Below, one piece after another: positions 24,667 through 38,420 of a stretch of DNA of 64,000 nt. The stretch is from Paraspadella gotoi (taxonomy: Eukaryota; Animalia; Chaetognatha), in NCBI GenBank assembly GCA_051294375.1, contig CM119263.1, forward strand, positions 11,381,894-11,445,893, given 5' to 3'. The number at the start of each line of letters is the position of its first letter. Position 1 is the stretch's first letter. A model generated the notes under the pieces. The model worked only from the letters and a program-made list of their open reading frames with translations, ran no database searches and had not been told where the DNA came from. The translations under genes and the position numbers were made by a program.

Positions 24667-27600
24667 GAAGGTGAGAAAAATTTGAGGTAAGTTCCAATCA
24701 GGGTTAATGCTTTGTGAGGCGAAGGTTAAATAGAAGAAAAAAAAAGAAGTTCCTTAACATTTCGGACTGTTGCGGGACTGTTCGAGTCCTTCACGACCGA
24801 GTCCTTAGTTCATCAGTATATCCAGTCAGTATATTCATCAATTGCCGCTATATTGTTTAGTTATACTAACTGATGCTTCGAATAAATGTAAAGGCCTTCT
24901 TACCGAGGCAATTGCGTTTATTGTTGGCGATGCTTCAAGTAGAAGTAAAACCCACCTTGTCCCGTCCGTTCGTAACCGTGACGCCGCTTTGAAGTAACTC
25001 GGTTCCGGACTTCGGGATCGTCGGCATTGATGACGCCGACGCGCTCGGGCGATGCCGCCCGAACGGCACCTCTCCCTGTTGTCCATCACCCGTGTACCCG
25101 AGCTCAGAATAAAATAGGTTCCATTCTCATTCCCGCCGCCCTAAGCGGTTTCGCCTCGCGCGGCCGGTCGAGTTGGCTTCAGGAATTATACGGACCATAT
25201 GTTGATCGAGAGGCAGCAAATCAACAGCTTGAACTCGACCATTGTTTTAAAATGATTTGAAGCGAGAATAGGTATTTTAAATCTCATTCCTTGGCAACAA
25301 GATAAGTGGCAACGATAGCTTATTTAAATACATTTAGGACAAAAAAATACAAGCGAAAAAAATAAAATTCCCTGCGGGAGAACCATTTCGCATTGTTTCT
25401 TCTTGTCGTTCAAAACAAAGAGACGGAATGTTGACCTTGCCGACAAAACAAGACGCAACGTGAACGACCAAAGAGGCACGACCGACCGCAAGCCCGACGA
25501 CCGACAAAGAGGCGATCATCTCGGCGCGCCGACTATTCTCGGCCGCGGAACGCCAACAGCGACGCCCATTCGTCGCTGCTCGTCGTCGCAGTTAGCTCCA
25601 TCCGTCCGCAGGTCAGGGAGCTTTGAACCACGAGGGGGCGGGAGTACAGACCACGCGGGGCGAGAAAAGTAAGGACGGGCTTTGAAAGAAACGAACGAAT
25701 ATCTCTTTGGTTCGAAGGAGAAACTGGACGGGCAAAAATAACTACACGGAACGCTGTATTCAGCGTCTGCTACTCAGTTCGCGTCGGCTTGTTTCTCTTC
25801 ATCTTTTTTTTCCCTTTTCTTTTCCTTCCTCCTTTCTTGTTCCCTCGTTGCTTTACTCTTTGCATCCCTGCTTGCTTCCCTCCGCCTGTCTTTTGTTCTT
25901 AACTGTTGCTTCCCCCTCTTCTCACTTCGAACTGTGAAACGACCGTAACGGCGATTTAGCCACGACCGAAATCCTTTCTCCAGGTTCAATCACTATTTAG
26001 CTCTTCTAAGATACGTACTTTTTGATGACTTAGATCGTCCAATAGACGCGAGAGACAGACATACAGAGGACAATGCTTCCATTACTAGGAGTCGGGTTTC
26101 CGCCGCGCACGTTGCACTAGGCGCGCTGCCGGTCACGGCAGAAAAGAATTGAGTCAAGGAAGTCATGATTTGATTTCGAAAGAAAGGTAAATAGGCGGAC
26201 ACCTGGACAGCCGACAGCCACCACGGTTGAGAGGCTTTAGACGTCAGGATAGTCTCCGAAGCTGCGCGTCAAGGTGAAGCGGGGCGAGATGAAATATGCA
26301 GAAATGGCGGGAAGAATCGATACCCCAGAACCCTCATCAAATTCTCGGGGCACAAATACTTTCATTTCTCTCCCCCCCTTTTTTTATGCTGCGCGCTCCT
26401 GAACAGAATCCTTCAATAAGCGAAAACTCCCTCTCCGCGGAGTCTCAGTAAAAAAAATTATAAGAAAAACCCTCGGGTGAACGTTGCAAAACAAATTCCG
26501 AAGAGCGTGTTTATCTATACCTTAGTTTTCAGTTCAATTGATTCTGAAAAAAAAGATTGGGGTAGTGAAACCGACAACTTAAATAACATATGAAAATTTT
26601 ATCAATAAACGCACTATGACTAAGTGATAGATTCTCACGCTGACGACCAGCCGGCAGTCATGGGTAATACGTACTTTCTTTTCCATCGGTTTTTTCGGTG
26701 ATCTTTTGAGTGCATCTTTCAATTCTCGTCTCAGATATTCATCTCACATTTTCTCATGACGCATCTCGTTCCCAGCCAAGAAGATAGCTTCTTTCTACCT
26801 TACACGAAAAGTCGTTTCCAATTTCCCGCGACGCTTACTATTTATTTTCCTTTCTCCCTTTTCTCGCTCAATCTTATTTCTTATTCCCTGCTGATAAATC
26901 ATTCTTACATCCATTTGCATCGGCGCATTATTTTTCTCACTCCCTGCCCCAGTCCCGCATCTACAGATCCGGTCAAAAAAAAGATTAATATAGTCATCGA
27001 TAAAAGAATTTATTTTATTATTTGAAAGTAAAAACTAATTACTACTTTTTAAGGGAACTCAATTAATAAATCAGCATTAGTACAGACCAACCTTTACCCT
27101 TCTTAGCACCCGCTTCTTGTGATGAGACGGAAGAGTCTATCAGAGGCATGGCGCAAATATGAAGGGTTCGAAGCGTCATCGCTAAAATGCGTTTATTAAA
27201 TAATTTTAATTAAATTTCTTTTACTGTTGAACAACTGTGCAATAATTCTTTTTCTTAATCTTTAACTTTTTTTAATAGGTTTGAGGAAAAGCCTTGACCG
27301 GTTTTTGAACTTGCAAGACTGAACATGTCAGAGCTAGCTACTTCCAACGAGCTCGTTCAGGAGATTCTCGTATGCTTCCAAATGTTGTATGACAACAACT
27401 CTGCGCGAATGAACTGCTATAGCAGGATTTAAATGCAACTTTTTGTGGCGATCCTATATCTTAAACAAACCGCACCCTGTCCGAAGCTTTCAACAGTTTA
27501 CAGCTTGTCTTTTTTTAAGCTTAGCTTTTTGAAATTTCATAGTTTACCAACTTTTTTTTGACAGATCATGTATTTTTTTTTCTTTTTTACAATTTTATTT

Positions 27601-30600
27601 TTTTCTTTGTTTTTCCATTGTTTCGTTTCTTTCTTTTTCACACCGCCTTTCCTTGCTTCACTTCACAACCGAATCCGCCCAACCGTCGATGAATCACTTT
27701 ATTGTTGTCGGCAAAGAAAAATGTCCCCATTGCTCTCTTATCGCATTTAGACTTTTCCTTCACCGCCGTGTATACGATCGTGAACCCCCACTATGTACGT
27801 GACCACTGCCGCTGTGAAAATTCACTGTGAGGGCGTTCCCGGTAAGGCTGGCGATGGCGTTGGGACATCACCTTGGGCCCCCCAGAGGCCGCCGCGCGTG
27901 TCAGAACATGGGCGACCGGAAGAAGTTGGCGCCAGTCCGTAAACCGTCGATGTGATCGATTTATGGGGAGTTGAAAAAATGGAAAGTGAGAAGGAAAGGG
28001 AAGATGATGATGAGGAAAAGGAAGAAGGAAGTAGGAGAGGAGGATTCTTCCTCGATCCCTTTCATCAAACGATGATCGTCACTCGCCAAGTTCCCTCCCT
28101 CAGATAGTAATGGCCGTCCGACAGCTTCCAGCAAGGCGGCCTCGCCTCCGCCGTCCGAACCCAACTTCAACGCGTTCCAGATCTTGGGCAAAAGCCACGA
28201 GTTGCAAGAGAAGTATTCGTCGATTAGGTCGGTGTTTTAGAGGGTTTGGGCCGGTTCGGGTAACGATATAAGAAAAAAACCAATCATATACTATAGGGCG
28301 GGAGAAAGACGTCGACCAGATGGAAACTCTGTACGCATCCCTTTTGGGGTCTCTTGGACTTCGGACAAAAAGATAAAAAAAAAATCTCTCTAAATTCTAT
28401 ATTCTAACAAGAAAACACAGAGTAGACAAATAGGATCAAAAACCGAAAAACACGACGACGACGGAGAAGGACGACAACGCCCGTCGACTGACCGACCCGA
28501 GAACAGACTCGGGGGTCAGTGATGGTGACGTACGGTTATTTTTGCCACACGACGTTTCAGATAAGGTGGGCGAAAAAATTGAGTTATTTATATAGACGGA
28601 CTCGAATGAATGAGTGCGTACTGCGACTCTGAACGAACATCGCTGATGTTCTCGCTCGATGAAAATTGTGAATCTTCTCTGCCAATACAAATCAACAACG
28701 ACTGTCCTGCAGACTCGTACGAGACGACACGCCAGACAAGCCACGAGCGCAAAAAACTCGCGCGACAAGAGAACACGAACAGACCGACGAACGACTCCTC
28801 CAAACCAAAGGCATTAGGACGAGTGCTCGTGGAGAGAAGACGAAACGAGAATGATATCGTTCGACGACGGCCAAAACAGATGATGGAAAACGAAAGCATT
28901 CCCGAGCGTGACAGACGGAGCCGTTCTTGATAGATCGCCAGCGCATGCGTCCCAGGAGGTAAGCACGCCATCAATACCCATCCGTAAGACAAAAAAGAGT
29001 AGTACCAACCGTGTCGCAAGACTTCAGGCACCGCTCTTCGTCTCTGGCTGATACGCTGACCAATACCAACCTATCGCCAGAATGCAGACTCTCTCGACCA
29101 TTTGACTTACATCCCAAATCTCGGTTTTTTCGCTCGTCGCCAAATGCTGAACTTCGCGTCGGACGGGAAGATCTCGTGAGAACGTAATCGTTTAGACTGC
29201 GTTACTAATGTCTCATTACGCCGTTATGACTCTCAGAACTTCCATGATGATTGAAGGAGAGAGAGACGGCATTCTTTGACAGCAAGTTGGCGAAAAGGTA
29301 GATTGCGGGAGCGTTTGTGGCCCGAGCAGATCGTACGAAAACTTATTGCGTCTCTCAAGCCCGCTGCTTCAACTGCTTCGGAAGCGGTCATCGTGTCGAA
29401 AAAATGCCCCATCAAAGCAGTGTGCTTTTGCACGACAAAAGAGAAATCATGTTACATCGAGCCTGCGCATCCATTAGACGAATTGAGCCCCCGTCAAGGA
29501 ATGCCGAGAGAGAGGTCGATTTTTCAAAGTGAGATCTGAGAGAGTCACGCAATTCGGACATCGAAGAGCAACGGAGAAAAGTTTAGTCTGACCGCCCGCG
29601 GAGAGACCGAAGTTGGATGACGAATCACTTTTAATGGTCTCTATGTCGACCTCTGTGTAGTCCTATACTGACTGGTTGACTATTGACGTTGGTTTTTAGT
29701 GTCTCGACTTGCTATCTTCGTCTCAGTCTTTTCGTCTGAAAATCTCTTTTTGGTACTCATACGGCTTGGGCGCCTATTGATATGAAAAAAGGGCCGTGTT
29801 TTGGAAAGGGCATTCCCGTGTTCCCAGCGGGGAAACAGTAAGCTACCCAATTCTAACTTTAACCAGACTCCCAGTTATCCAAATTCGAGTTCCTTGATTA
29901 TTGGCATTTAGCTCTACTTCGAAGCCGTCTGACTTAAATTGTGAAACTTTGCGACGTGAGTTCCATCCGCAGCGTCCGCCTCTCTCTTCTCTCTCTCGCA
30001 TTCTCTCTCGTCTATATCTCTATCTCATTCTTTCTCCCTCTTACGCTCTTCTTATTCGATGAGTCTGTCAAACCGTCGGCGAGAACGCGATGTACAACGA
30101 CAGTCTGGAATGCAGTGTCTATGTACCCTGATTTTGTGGGATAATGCTGGTCGAACCAGGCTCCATTATGGTGTCTCTTTTTAAAAAAGTACAGTACCCT
30201 GTTTTATCTCAAAGTGATTGTGAAACAATTATAACAAGACTTAAATGTGTTAGTGTCTCGTTAGAATAGTAATTTGCTGGATTCTGCTCGGGTGCTCTGC
30301 ACGTCTACGAACATGGACACTGACTCCAGTGGCGACTCATACCGCCAGGATGTAAATATTGAAGTTTTCTTGCTGGGTGACGTGAGGCGAGCGCAGTAGA
30401 GTCACGATGCTGGAGAGAGTAATGAGATAGAGATGTCCCTCGCCGTCGACGTTCTTGCAGTTGAGGTGACGACGCGGAGTCTACACGACTGCGCCGGAGA
30501 GAGAGGAGAAAGAGATATATGCTTCTTTTTATTCATCTTCCCCGTGGGAGAGGGAAGAAGAGAGGAATGGCCGAGAGATTCGATATTCTGCCGCAGAGAG

Positions 30601-33300
30601 TAAAGTTCCCTGTTGCTATTTCAATTGATGACGGGACCGTCGACGGAGAGTGACTATTCGGCCATGGGGTGTGAGAGAGTGCGAGGGCTCGCGACGGAAA
30701 GGTGAGTGCATACATGAGTACAACCATGAGATTCGTATGCAGAGAGGAGGTGCGGACAGACTGATTTAGCTCCCGGCAGCGAGTGAGTTTCGGACGACAT
30801 TTTCATTTGACGCCCTCCCATATATTTTCTCTGAACCGGTCTCGCCATATTCGCCAGTCACGATATTCTTTCTCGGCAACCAAAAAATTCAACGAATTTA
30901 CGAATCCAATTGACAAAACTTGTCTTTTACTATACGTTAGATTAAACACGTTAGAGATGGCTTCTAGTGTGACGGTGATGAGTCACAATAGTCACTATTG
31001 TCTCCTCAAAAAAGGCGATCTGAACTCTTATTTTGATCAGTACGGTGGAGCTGACAATGACCAGAGCCCCAGCCGAGGTGACTGGATGGCGCCTGGTTCA
31101 GTTTACTATCCCTCTATCTGTCAAAATCTTTGTCTCTCTTAGTCCTGCATGGAATCGCGGCTCAGCAACGTCAATTTATCTTAGTGTTCTTTGACTCCAG
31201 ACGCTCCTTCGAATCTACAGAATCGTGCTTGTTTCTTCTTGTTTCTCCTTAGCCTTCTCCGTCCGCTGTGAATGATCATTCTTGTCGTCCGCACCTCGTC
31301 ACAGGCATTGAAGTCACCCGGTCTAGATTCCTGTGTGGCGGAGCGGTTCGCTCTTACCTTTTTTTGTTCGTCCACGAGTTGTTTCAGGTCTTGAGAGGCG
31401 TTCGACCTTTCCTGCGCGGTAGTGGTAGATTTCGCCTCAAATAATTTCCTCCAGGCGCACCGACGCTCCTCATTGAACATGATCCGTTTAATTCACTTGG
31501 CCCACTTAATCAATGAACGTCGAGAGAGGAGACGAGGAAAGAGTTTTGATGAAGCTTAACATAAAAATTGCGATTAGATTTCATATGTCCTGAATATCCA
31601 GTCCTGTCGAGCCCACAGCAGAAATATGCGACCTATACGGAGAGTTCGACCTGCCTTCTCTCTCGTGGTAATGACTAGAAACCTCACGTATAGTGAAAGA
31701 AGCTCGTAATGGGGAAAAGAGGAGCACAAGGGAGACGACTGCGTCGAGATTAAATTAGATCTCCCTGTCTTTCCATTATTTACCGCAACTTTAAGTAGAA
31801 TTAACAAAAAACCCTTTCTACTTGAAATTGCGGCGGATTTAATACGGTATAAAACTATGTGTTACTGTGTTCCAATGAGGTAAGCTCTGCTGGTCTCGGT
31901 CTATTATTACATCGAAGTTTCCGCCCTACTCGGGTCTTGTTGTCGAGTGGTGCGGTTCCATCGCGGTATCGAGGTACAGACTCTCCTCTCTTGTAGATTC
32001 CCCATTTTTGTTTAATTGATGTGGGTGAAATGACCGGAGGAAGACTGAGCGGTTTAAAGTATTTATTCAGACTGCAACCCTAACCCAGCACGCCCTTACA
32101 AAAATCCCGATGAAGCCACATAGAGAAAGATATTACTCAACTTACAGAAAGGAACTTGGCGGACCACTTCTCTCTGTACCTCTTTAATCCCTTAAGCATG
32201 TTATATCATGGGCTTCGTTTAAGAAATGCAACACTCTTCACTCTGATTTCCTTTAATCCTTTCTCTTCCATCATGTGTTAATTCATATATTAAAAGGCTC
32301 TCCTAGAGAATTAAACGGACATTATCAGGAGTCGAGTCATCACCAGCTTATGCGAACCGATTAACCGGCCGCACGAAAAATTCCACTGTATTAGCACTCT
32401 TGCTAACCCAATTCGACCCATGATAGCTTTTGATGGGGCCTCGCGCTGTGAAAATACTTTACAGACCAAGACAGAGATTCCCGGATGACGGGATGTCAAC
32501 ATAATGAAGAGAATTAGAAAAAAAAAACCACTCCCGCACTCGTAATCGGGTGTATACCGGAAGTTATTGTGCTATTATTTTTTCGAGTATCCGGATTGAG
32601 GGTTGGAATTCATACCCGTCCTCGCGGTGTTTAAACTGAGGATCTTTTTTGGCTTTCGCCAAACTTCTGTCTCCCATGGGTTTGGCGTGCTTTTTCCGAG
32701 TTCTCTTTGTCCGCGCGCTCGTCGGCCGAATCTTAGGCGAGCGCCTTGCGCATTCCGATTTGATCGAGCGGATGAGGGGACGGAATGCCAAAGTCCGGGT
32801 TATAGCGTGCCGCCGCCCGCTATAGTTTTTCAACTTTCGTGTAAGCTGCCTCCTCGCTCCAACTTGGTTCAGCTGAACTAACTTCCCGTGACCAAATCCT
32901 CCCAGAACGCATAGCTCATGGATGAATGCTCCATGCTTATGCGCTTTGTTCTTTCAAACATTGTGAGAAGAAAGAGAAAATAATGGAACAGGAAGGAGAA
33001 GAAAAGGCAGGTACAAGCAAGAGAAGACTTACTGACGAAGGACGACGACGAACCGCGACGATCTATTCTTAGTCCTATCATTGGAGGTGGCGTTGGACCG
33101 AATAGCGGCTCTTTCACAAGGAGGTTTTTCGCTTAGCCCACGGAGGGTGGCAACGATCAAGCCTCGGCTCGCAAATTTCTTCTTTCTTACCTCGAGATAC
33201 TTTTTTTTTCTTGACGTGGTTTACTTCCGTCTGGTAGGCTTCAAGCTGGGCAATATTTAATTTCCCTTTACGTTGTAGCGCGGAGCGGTAAGGGGTATCC
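24667..33300 (-). other. Highly error-laden inverted copy of the receptor gene and its upstream region (probable raw-read artefact)
   Basis: Reverse-complement matches to exon 3 (~24955-25180), exon 2 (~25435-25620), intron 1, exon 1 (~27685-29060) and upstream 19.0-19.3 kb (~32940-33270). Indel density rises along the segment, which starts at a 25-N gap. Confidence 0.75.
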
Positions 33301-34562
33301 TCAATAGTGGGCTGAGAAATGACCTATTATTAATGCTGATGAGTGGTGAAGTGCGTGCTGCTCTCTCTCTCTATCTTCCTCACGAGAAAAATAGAATCAT
33401 ATATGTCGTAAATGCCATATAAGAGCAATAGTATGTTGTGTTCCTGTTGATGATAGAGATTACAGTATTTATTGCTCTGATTACGCCAGTGTTTTCTATG
33501 GACCTTGGCATTGTGTGTTTTAGATAGCAAACATTGCTGTATGAGGCCTAGTATAGACTAGATATACCGGGGCAGCCGGCCTGCAGTTTCTCTTATAGTG
33601 ATTTGCAGAAGCGGGCAGTTGCACAGGTAACATGGAGGCATGAATCTATTCCAGAAGCGGGCATTCGGTTTTGCCCTAACATATCAAATGCCCGGGTACT
33701 GTGAAGCATATAACCTTATAGTAAGAACAAGGCATTGCGGGAGTATATTGGCTAGCACAGATATAGAAACGGCAATGAGTTTTACTAGCGATATAGAAAA
33801 GAGGTTTTTCTAACAGCACAGTTTGATGTTTATTAGTTAATAGAGATAATTAGCTAATTTCTGTTTAAATTGTTCTACCGCTTTAATTAACACTTTTTCT
33901 CCTCCTCTTCCTCCCCTCCTCCTCGCCCCCAACTTACGCACGGACGCCTCAGAATGGCGGGAAACGCGACGAGCTAATCATTATTTTATGATTCGGTTTA
34001 TTGAAGTCGATTACGCGAGACGCTTTCGTCGGCGGGAGACAAGAATCAATTTCTTCTTTCTTTCTTTTCTGTGAATCGCGAATATTCGTGTGAGGAGGAG
34101 GCAGCGGTTCACGTCTCACTCATTGTTATTCACCCGACCCCGGAGAAAGTAGGGGAGGGTGTCAGGCTGTCGGACAGCTCCTCTCCAACCTGTCGTGCTG
34201 AGAGAGATTTTATCGTTGCCCGAGCGCGGTCTTCGGGCGCAACAACCAATAAACGTCAGTCATGTTTACTCATAAAGAAAAGCGTGTAAGACCGTCTCTT
34301 TTCCGACTGACTATGAAAGACGGTATTGTGAGTCACGGTTGATGCCCTATCTAAAAAAAACCTTAATGGCTTTTTTTTGGGTTCTTAAATATACATAGTG
34401 CAATAAAAAAAGTCGTTCAGACAATGAGAAGAGAGAGAAAGAGCGATAAAGGGAGAGAGAGAGAGAGTTTATTTATAAAAAAACGTATGTTAATATTAAT
34501 AGACACACTCTCATCTTTCATTGCATAATTGATTTAAGATCGTGTTTTATTCAATTTCACAG

Positions 34563-34813
34563 CGACGTCGACGGAAGCGGTCGCGACGGAAACATCGAAA
34601 CAAAAGACGGAAGAAGCGAGGGCGGAGAAACCTAAGATGGAAGCGGTTCCGAAGGAAACGCAGAAAGCGCCGGAGACTTCGAAAGACGAGGCCACGCCCA
34701 CCGACGAAACGGCGTCCGGCGTAAACAAACAAAATAGCGGCGCAACGCCTAAACGCCGGAACCCGAGTTTCATCGCCTTCAACAATCCCAACTTCGAACA
34801 TGGGAAAACGTGA
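34563..34813 (+). CDS. CUB-LDLa receptor terminal exon (cytoplasmic tail with FNNPNF motif), cleanest copy
   Basis: Acceptor ttcacAG 34561-34562. The phase-1 frame is ATSTEAVATETSKQKTEEARAEKPK...RRNPSFIAFNNPNFEHGKT* (TGA 34811-34813). It lies downstream of exon 3 in the contiguous copies at 43.6-48.5 kb and 52.2-53.6 kb. Confidence 0.75.
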
Positions 34814-35414
34814 AGCGAAAAGAAGACCAAAAAAAAAGAAGAAATTTTGTGAATATCCGATCTTCAAATCTGGGACGTCGGGGACTTTGCCGGTGAAATC
34901 AGGAGAATAAATGTTATTTTTTCCGAGGCGACTTTGCTCGTTTGTTTTTTTTTTTGATTCCTTTGCTTTAGATAATCAAAGCGTCGCGGATTTTGGTGAG
35001 GCTTCTGGTTTAAAAATAAATGGAAACCATTTTCTCCCCAATTCTTACCGGCGTCTCTCCTTAATGGTTTTTTCTTCTTAGTCTCTGGAGATTTTGCATC
35101 TTTCTTTACTTACTTTTCTTACTCTTTCTTTCCGTGTTTTTATCTCTCTTCTTTTCTTTTCTTACATCCTCCTAGCCTCTATAATCCTTATCAATCCTGA
35201 TGTGATTAAGAATCGGTCCCACACTTTCCATCTTCACCTTTCTTTTCCCATCTCCACCGCACAATTTCATCCGTGCTCGTATCTGCTGGATCTCTGGCGA
35301 GCACTCCCAAAAGACGGCGCCACTTTTATACGGGTTCGCAACTCACTCAGCTTTGTGGTCCCGTGAAACAAAGAAAATGTTCTCGGATAGAAATGAAGAC
35401 AGAAAAGAGGAGAG

Positions 35415-35517
35415 TCATCGTCGTTAGGAGAAACCCTGTTAACCTTTTCATCGTTCTAGGAGAAACCCTGTATGACCTTTTCATCGTCGATTAGGAGAAA
35501 CCCTGATATGACCTTTT
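35415..35517. repeat. ~34-bp minisatellite (TCATCGTCGTTAGGAGAAACCCTGTATGACCTTT), 3 units
   Basis: Three units here, two units in the homologous copies at ~42902-42972 (inverted) and ~54201-54269. Confidence 0.8.
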
Positions 35518-36288
35518 GCACGGTTAGCTGAAATCGAAGATAAAGAACCGCACAGCATCTTGAGAAAGATTCAATGATTGCTTTCGACCCTTCCACGGCG
35601 GACCTTTTTTTTTTTGATCCTCTTCCTCCTTTTCCTCATTTTTTCAATCTTTATTTTTCACCTTTTTCCACCTTTTCGCCCTTCCCCGAGTTCCTCACTT
35701 TTTTTCTTCTCTTTCTTCCTTTTTCCCCTTTTTCAACCCCTCTTCCTCCTCATTCCCTTCCCCTATTCCCCTTTCCTCCCTTTTCCTCTCTTTTTTTCCC
35801 CTTTCCTCCCTTTTTTGCCTCCTCGACTACCCTCATTCCTTTTCCCACGCGCAGTTTTTGCCTTCATGCAATATTTGAGTGTGTTAAGAGGAGGTGAGTC
35901 GCTGAGGCGTAAACATTGCCAATTCCCTTTCCACTCGCAGCGAGGAGAAAGGTGTGACCTCCGGAACCATAAAACTTTACTGCGGGAGAGAAGGGTTAGA
36001 AATTTGATGCGAGGGAAAGCGATTTGGCGGAGTTGATTGTCATATTTGTGTGACATCCCGAGAGAGAGAGAAAGAGAGGGAGAGAGAGGAGAGAGAGAGA
36101 GAGAGAGAGAGGAAGAGAGAAGAGAGAGGAGAGAGAGAAGAGGAAGGAAGAAGAGAGGAGAGATGAGAAGATTGAGCACAGTTAATTCACTGAGAGATGT
36201 AGAAGAGAAAGAGAGAGGAAGATTAAAGTGTGAAAAAGTGGAAAGAAAGAAAGAAAGAAAATTAGAGAGAGAGAGAAGAGAGAGGACT

Positions 36289-36322
<34 letters not shown>

Positions 36323-38216
36323 GGAGCTGAGAGAGAAGAGAGAGAGAGAGAGAGAGAGCGATGCAAAGAGAGACAGACAGATCTTTTTTCACAATTTATA
36401 AAGAAGTAAGAAAATTTTCACGCAATTTGTTTTACCTTCCAAAAAGAGAATCACGAAAAAATATGCGGATAATCCGAGGAAAACTGTTTAACGCACAGAA
36501 CCTACTCGTCGTCGTCTTCTTTGTCGTCGGCTTGGTCGTTCGTTCAACTGTTTAGCTGACCTCAAAAAAGGCGGTGAAGAAAGAAGAAGAAAATTATTTG
36601 AAAAAAAAAATAATGAATCGAAAATAGATATTCGAGGATTTCGTTGTTGACATGCTCCGTACATGGGGACCGCCATGACAGTTTCGTCACTGGACGACGA
36701 CGACGAGGGAAACGACGTGCCGGACGCGACGCGGACGACGACCGTAACGACGACGAGGGCGACGAGGACTGGCGACGACGAATGGCGACGACGACGACGA
36801 AGACGACGACGACGTAGAGTAAATGGGACGAGACGACGAGAACGCAAGAAGCCGGAGAGAAATAGGAGAGAGGATTAAAAGGAAGGAAGGTTGAAAAAGA
36901 GAGAGAAGGGAGGAAAAGAGAGAGGGAGAGGAGACGGAGGGAAGAAAAAGAAGGACGATAAAAAGAAAAAGGGGAAGGGAGATTGGAAAGAAAAGTGAAA
37001 TATTAAATCAGAGATGCGATTTAATAAAAACAAGTTGACAAAAAGTGTTTACTACCAAAGCTAAAACAATAGGAATATTCAAATTTCTAATATATTTGAT
37101 TTTCATTATGGAGAGTACAAAAGAACAAAAAAAAAACTAACCGATATTGTCATTCCAGAAAAAAACTTTATCCTTTTTAAATCTTTAACCACTGATGATG
37201 ACCTAAGGTCAAATTATTTTCAAAAACATCATCAGCTGATAACACATAGTAAAATACAAAGTGAACATATCTTAGTGAACATACATAATCTCATACCACA
37301 CTACACAGTGAATAGATAAATTTTAAAGAATTCAAATTCTTTTTTCCCAGTGCGTAAATCTGCGAAGCTTGACGTCGATGCGACTGTGGAACTCTTTCCT
37401 GTCTTGGATCTCTTGAAGAAGAATCATGGATTAAAAATTTCTTGAAATATCTGGATTCTTGGATTCTTGATTCTTCTCGAAGAAGGAATCAGGATTTAAA
37501 AATTTCAATCCGAGCAATTTCCACGAGATCTTCGTTGAAAAATCGAAGCTTTCGATATCTAATTTCAAAGCAATCCGTTGTACTCAAAATTTATTACAGC
37601 TGCGTTAAACACCTAAATGTGTGGAAATCGTTTATAATTATTCGGTTAGATTCCGGCGCTAGATTTCTTAGAAGCCTACATAAATTTCCCTACACATTTA
37701 AACAATTAAATAATTGCAGTTATTTAAACTTTGAGCTTGTGTGTGAATCACAAATTCAGTACAGAAATTTCTTTCTCTCTTTTTTGTTTTTTTAGATATA
37801 ACTTGATTTACTTTTTTAAAAACTCACTTTATTTTTTTCGGACATTTCAAAATTTGAGTTATAACTATCTTTTGGTTTCGTTAAATTAACATCTAAGACA
37901 TTAGCAAATTATTCTTTCGATTAATTGGTCTGCGATGTAAAATTTGGTACTAAGAATCTTTTTTGTATATGAATTTGGTGGTTTAACATCTCAGTTGGGT
38001 AAAAATCTTTCTACTTCAAGATATTAAAAAAAAGTTCTAATTTGTTTTTTTCTTTTCGTTGAGTTAAAATGAAATTATTATCTTTGTGAGAATTGTAGTT
38101 AATTTTAATATATTTATTATTAAAGTCAAACCTCATTTACCGTTCGTTTGTGTTTGACAAATCTCAGGCAAAATTTAACTATTTAGGAGCTTCCTTCGTT
38201 CTACTTGTTCTTTTTA

Positions 38217-38420
38217 AGAAATTGTACAACCAATATAAAAATTATCCATTCATTAATAAATAAGCTATCTTGCCCCTGACTTTGGACAGGCTTGGTGGTT
38301 AAGGCCTCCACTCACCTCCTTTACAAGATAATTAATAGGCAGGTCCCTGCAAGCTATCAATCAAGACCTCTCACAGTCCCGTTTATTCACTCCCAGAGTA
38401 CTGGCTTAACCTATTAAATG
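38217..38420 (-). mobile_element. SINE-like ~205-bp insertion (inverted copy of 62915-63119)
   Basis: Reverse complement of 62915-63119. Absent from the homologous sites at ~39865 and ~63745. Confidence 0.55.

Noticed and set aside
28200-33890. Numerous 60-150-aa ORFs in mid-GC sequence
   Set aside because: The region is a heavily corrupted reverse copy of 19-21.8 kb, so the ORFs are noise.
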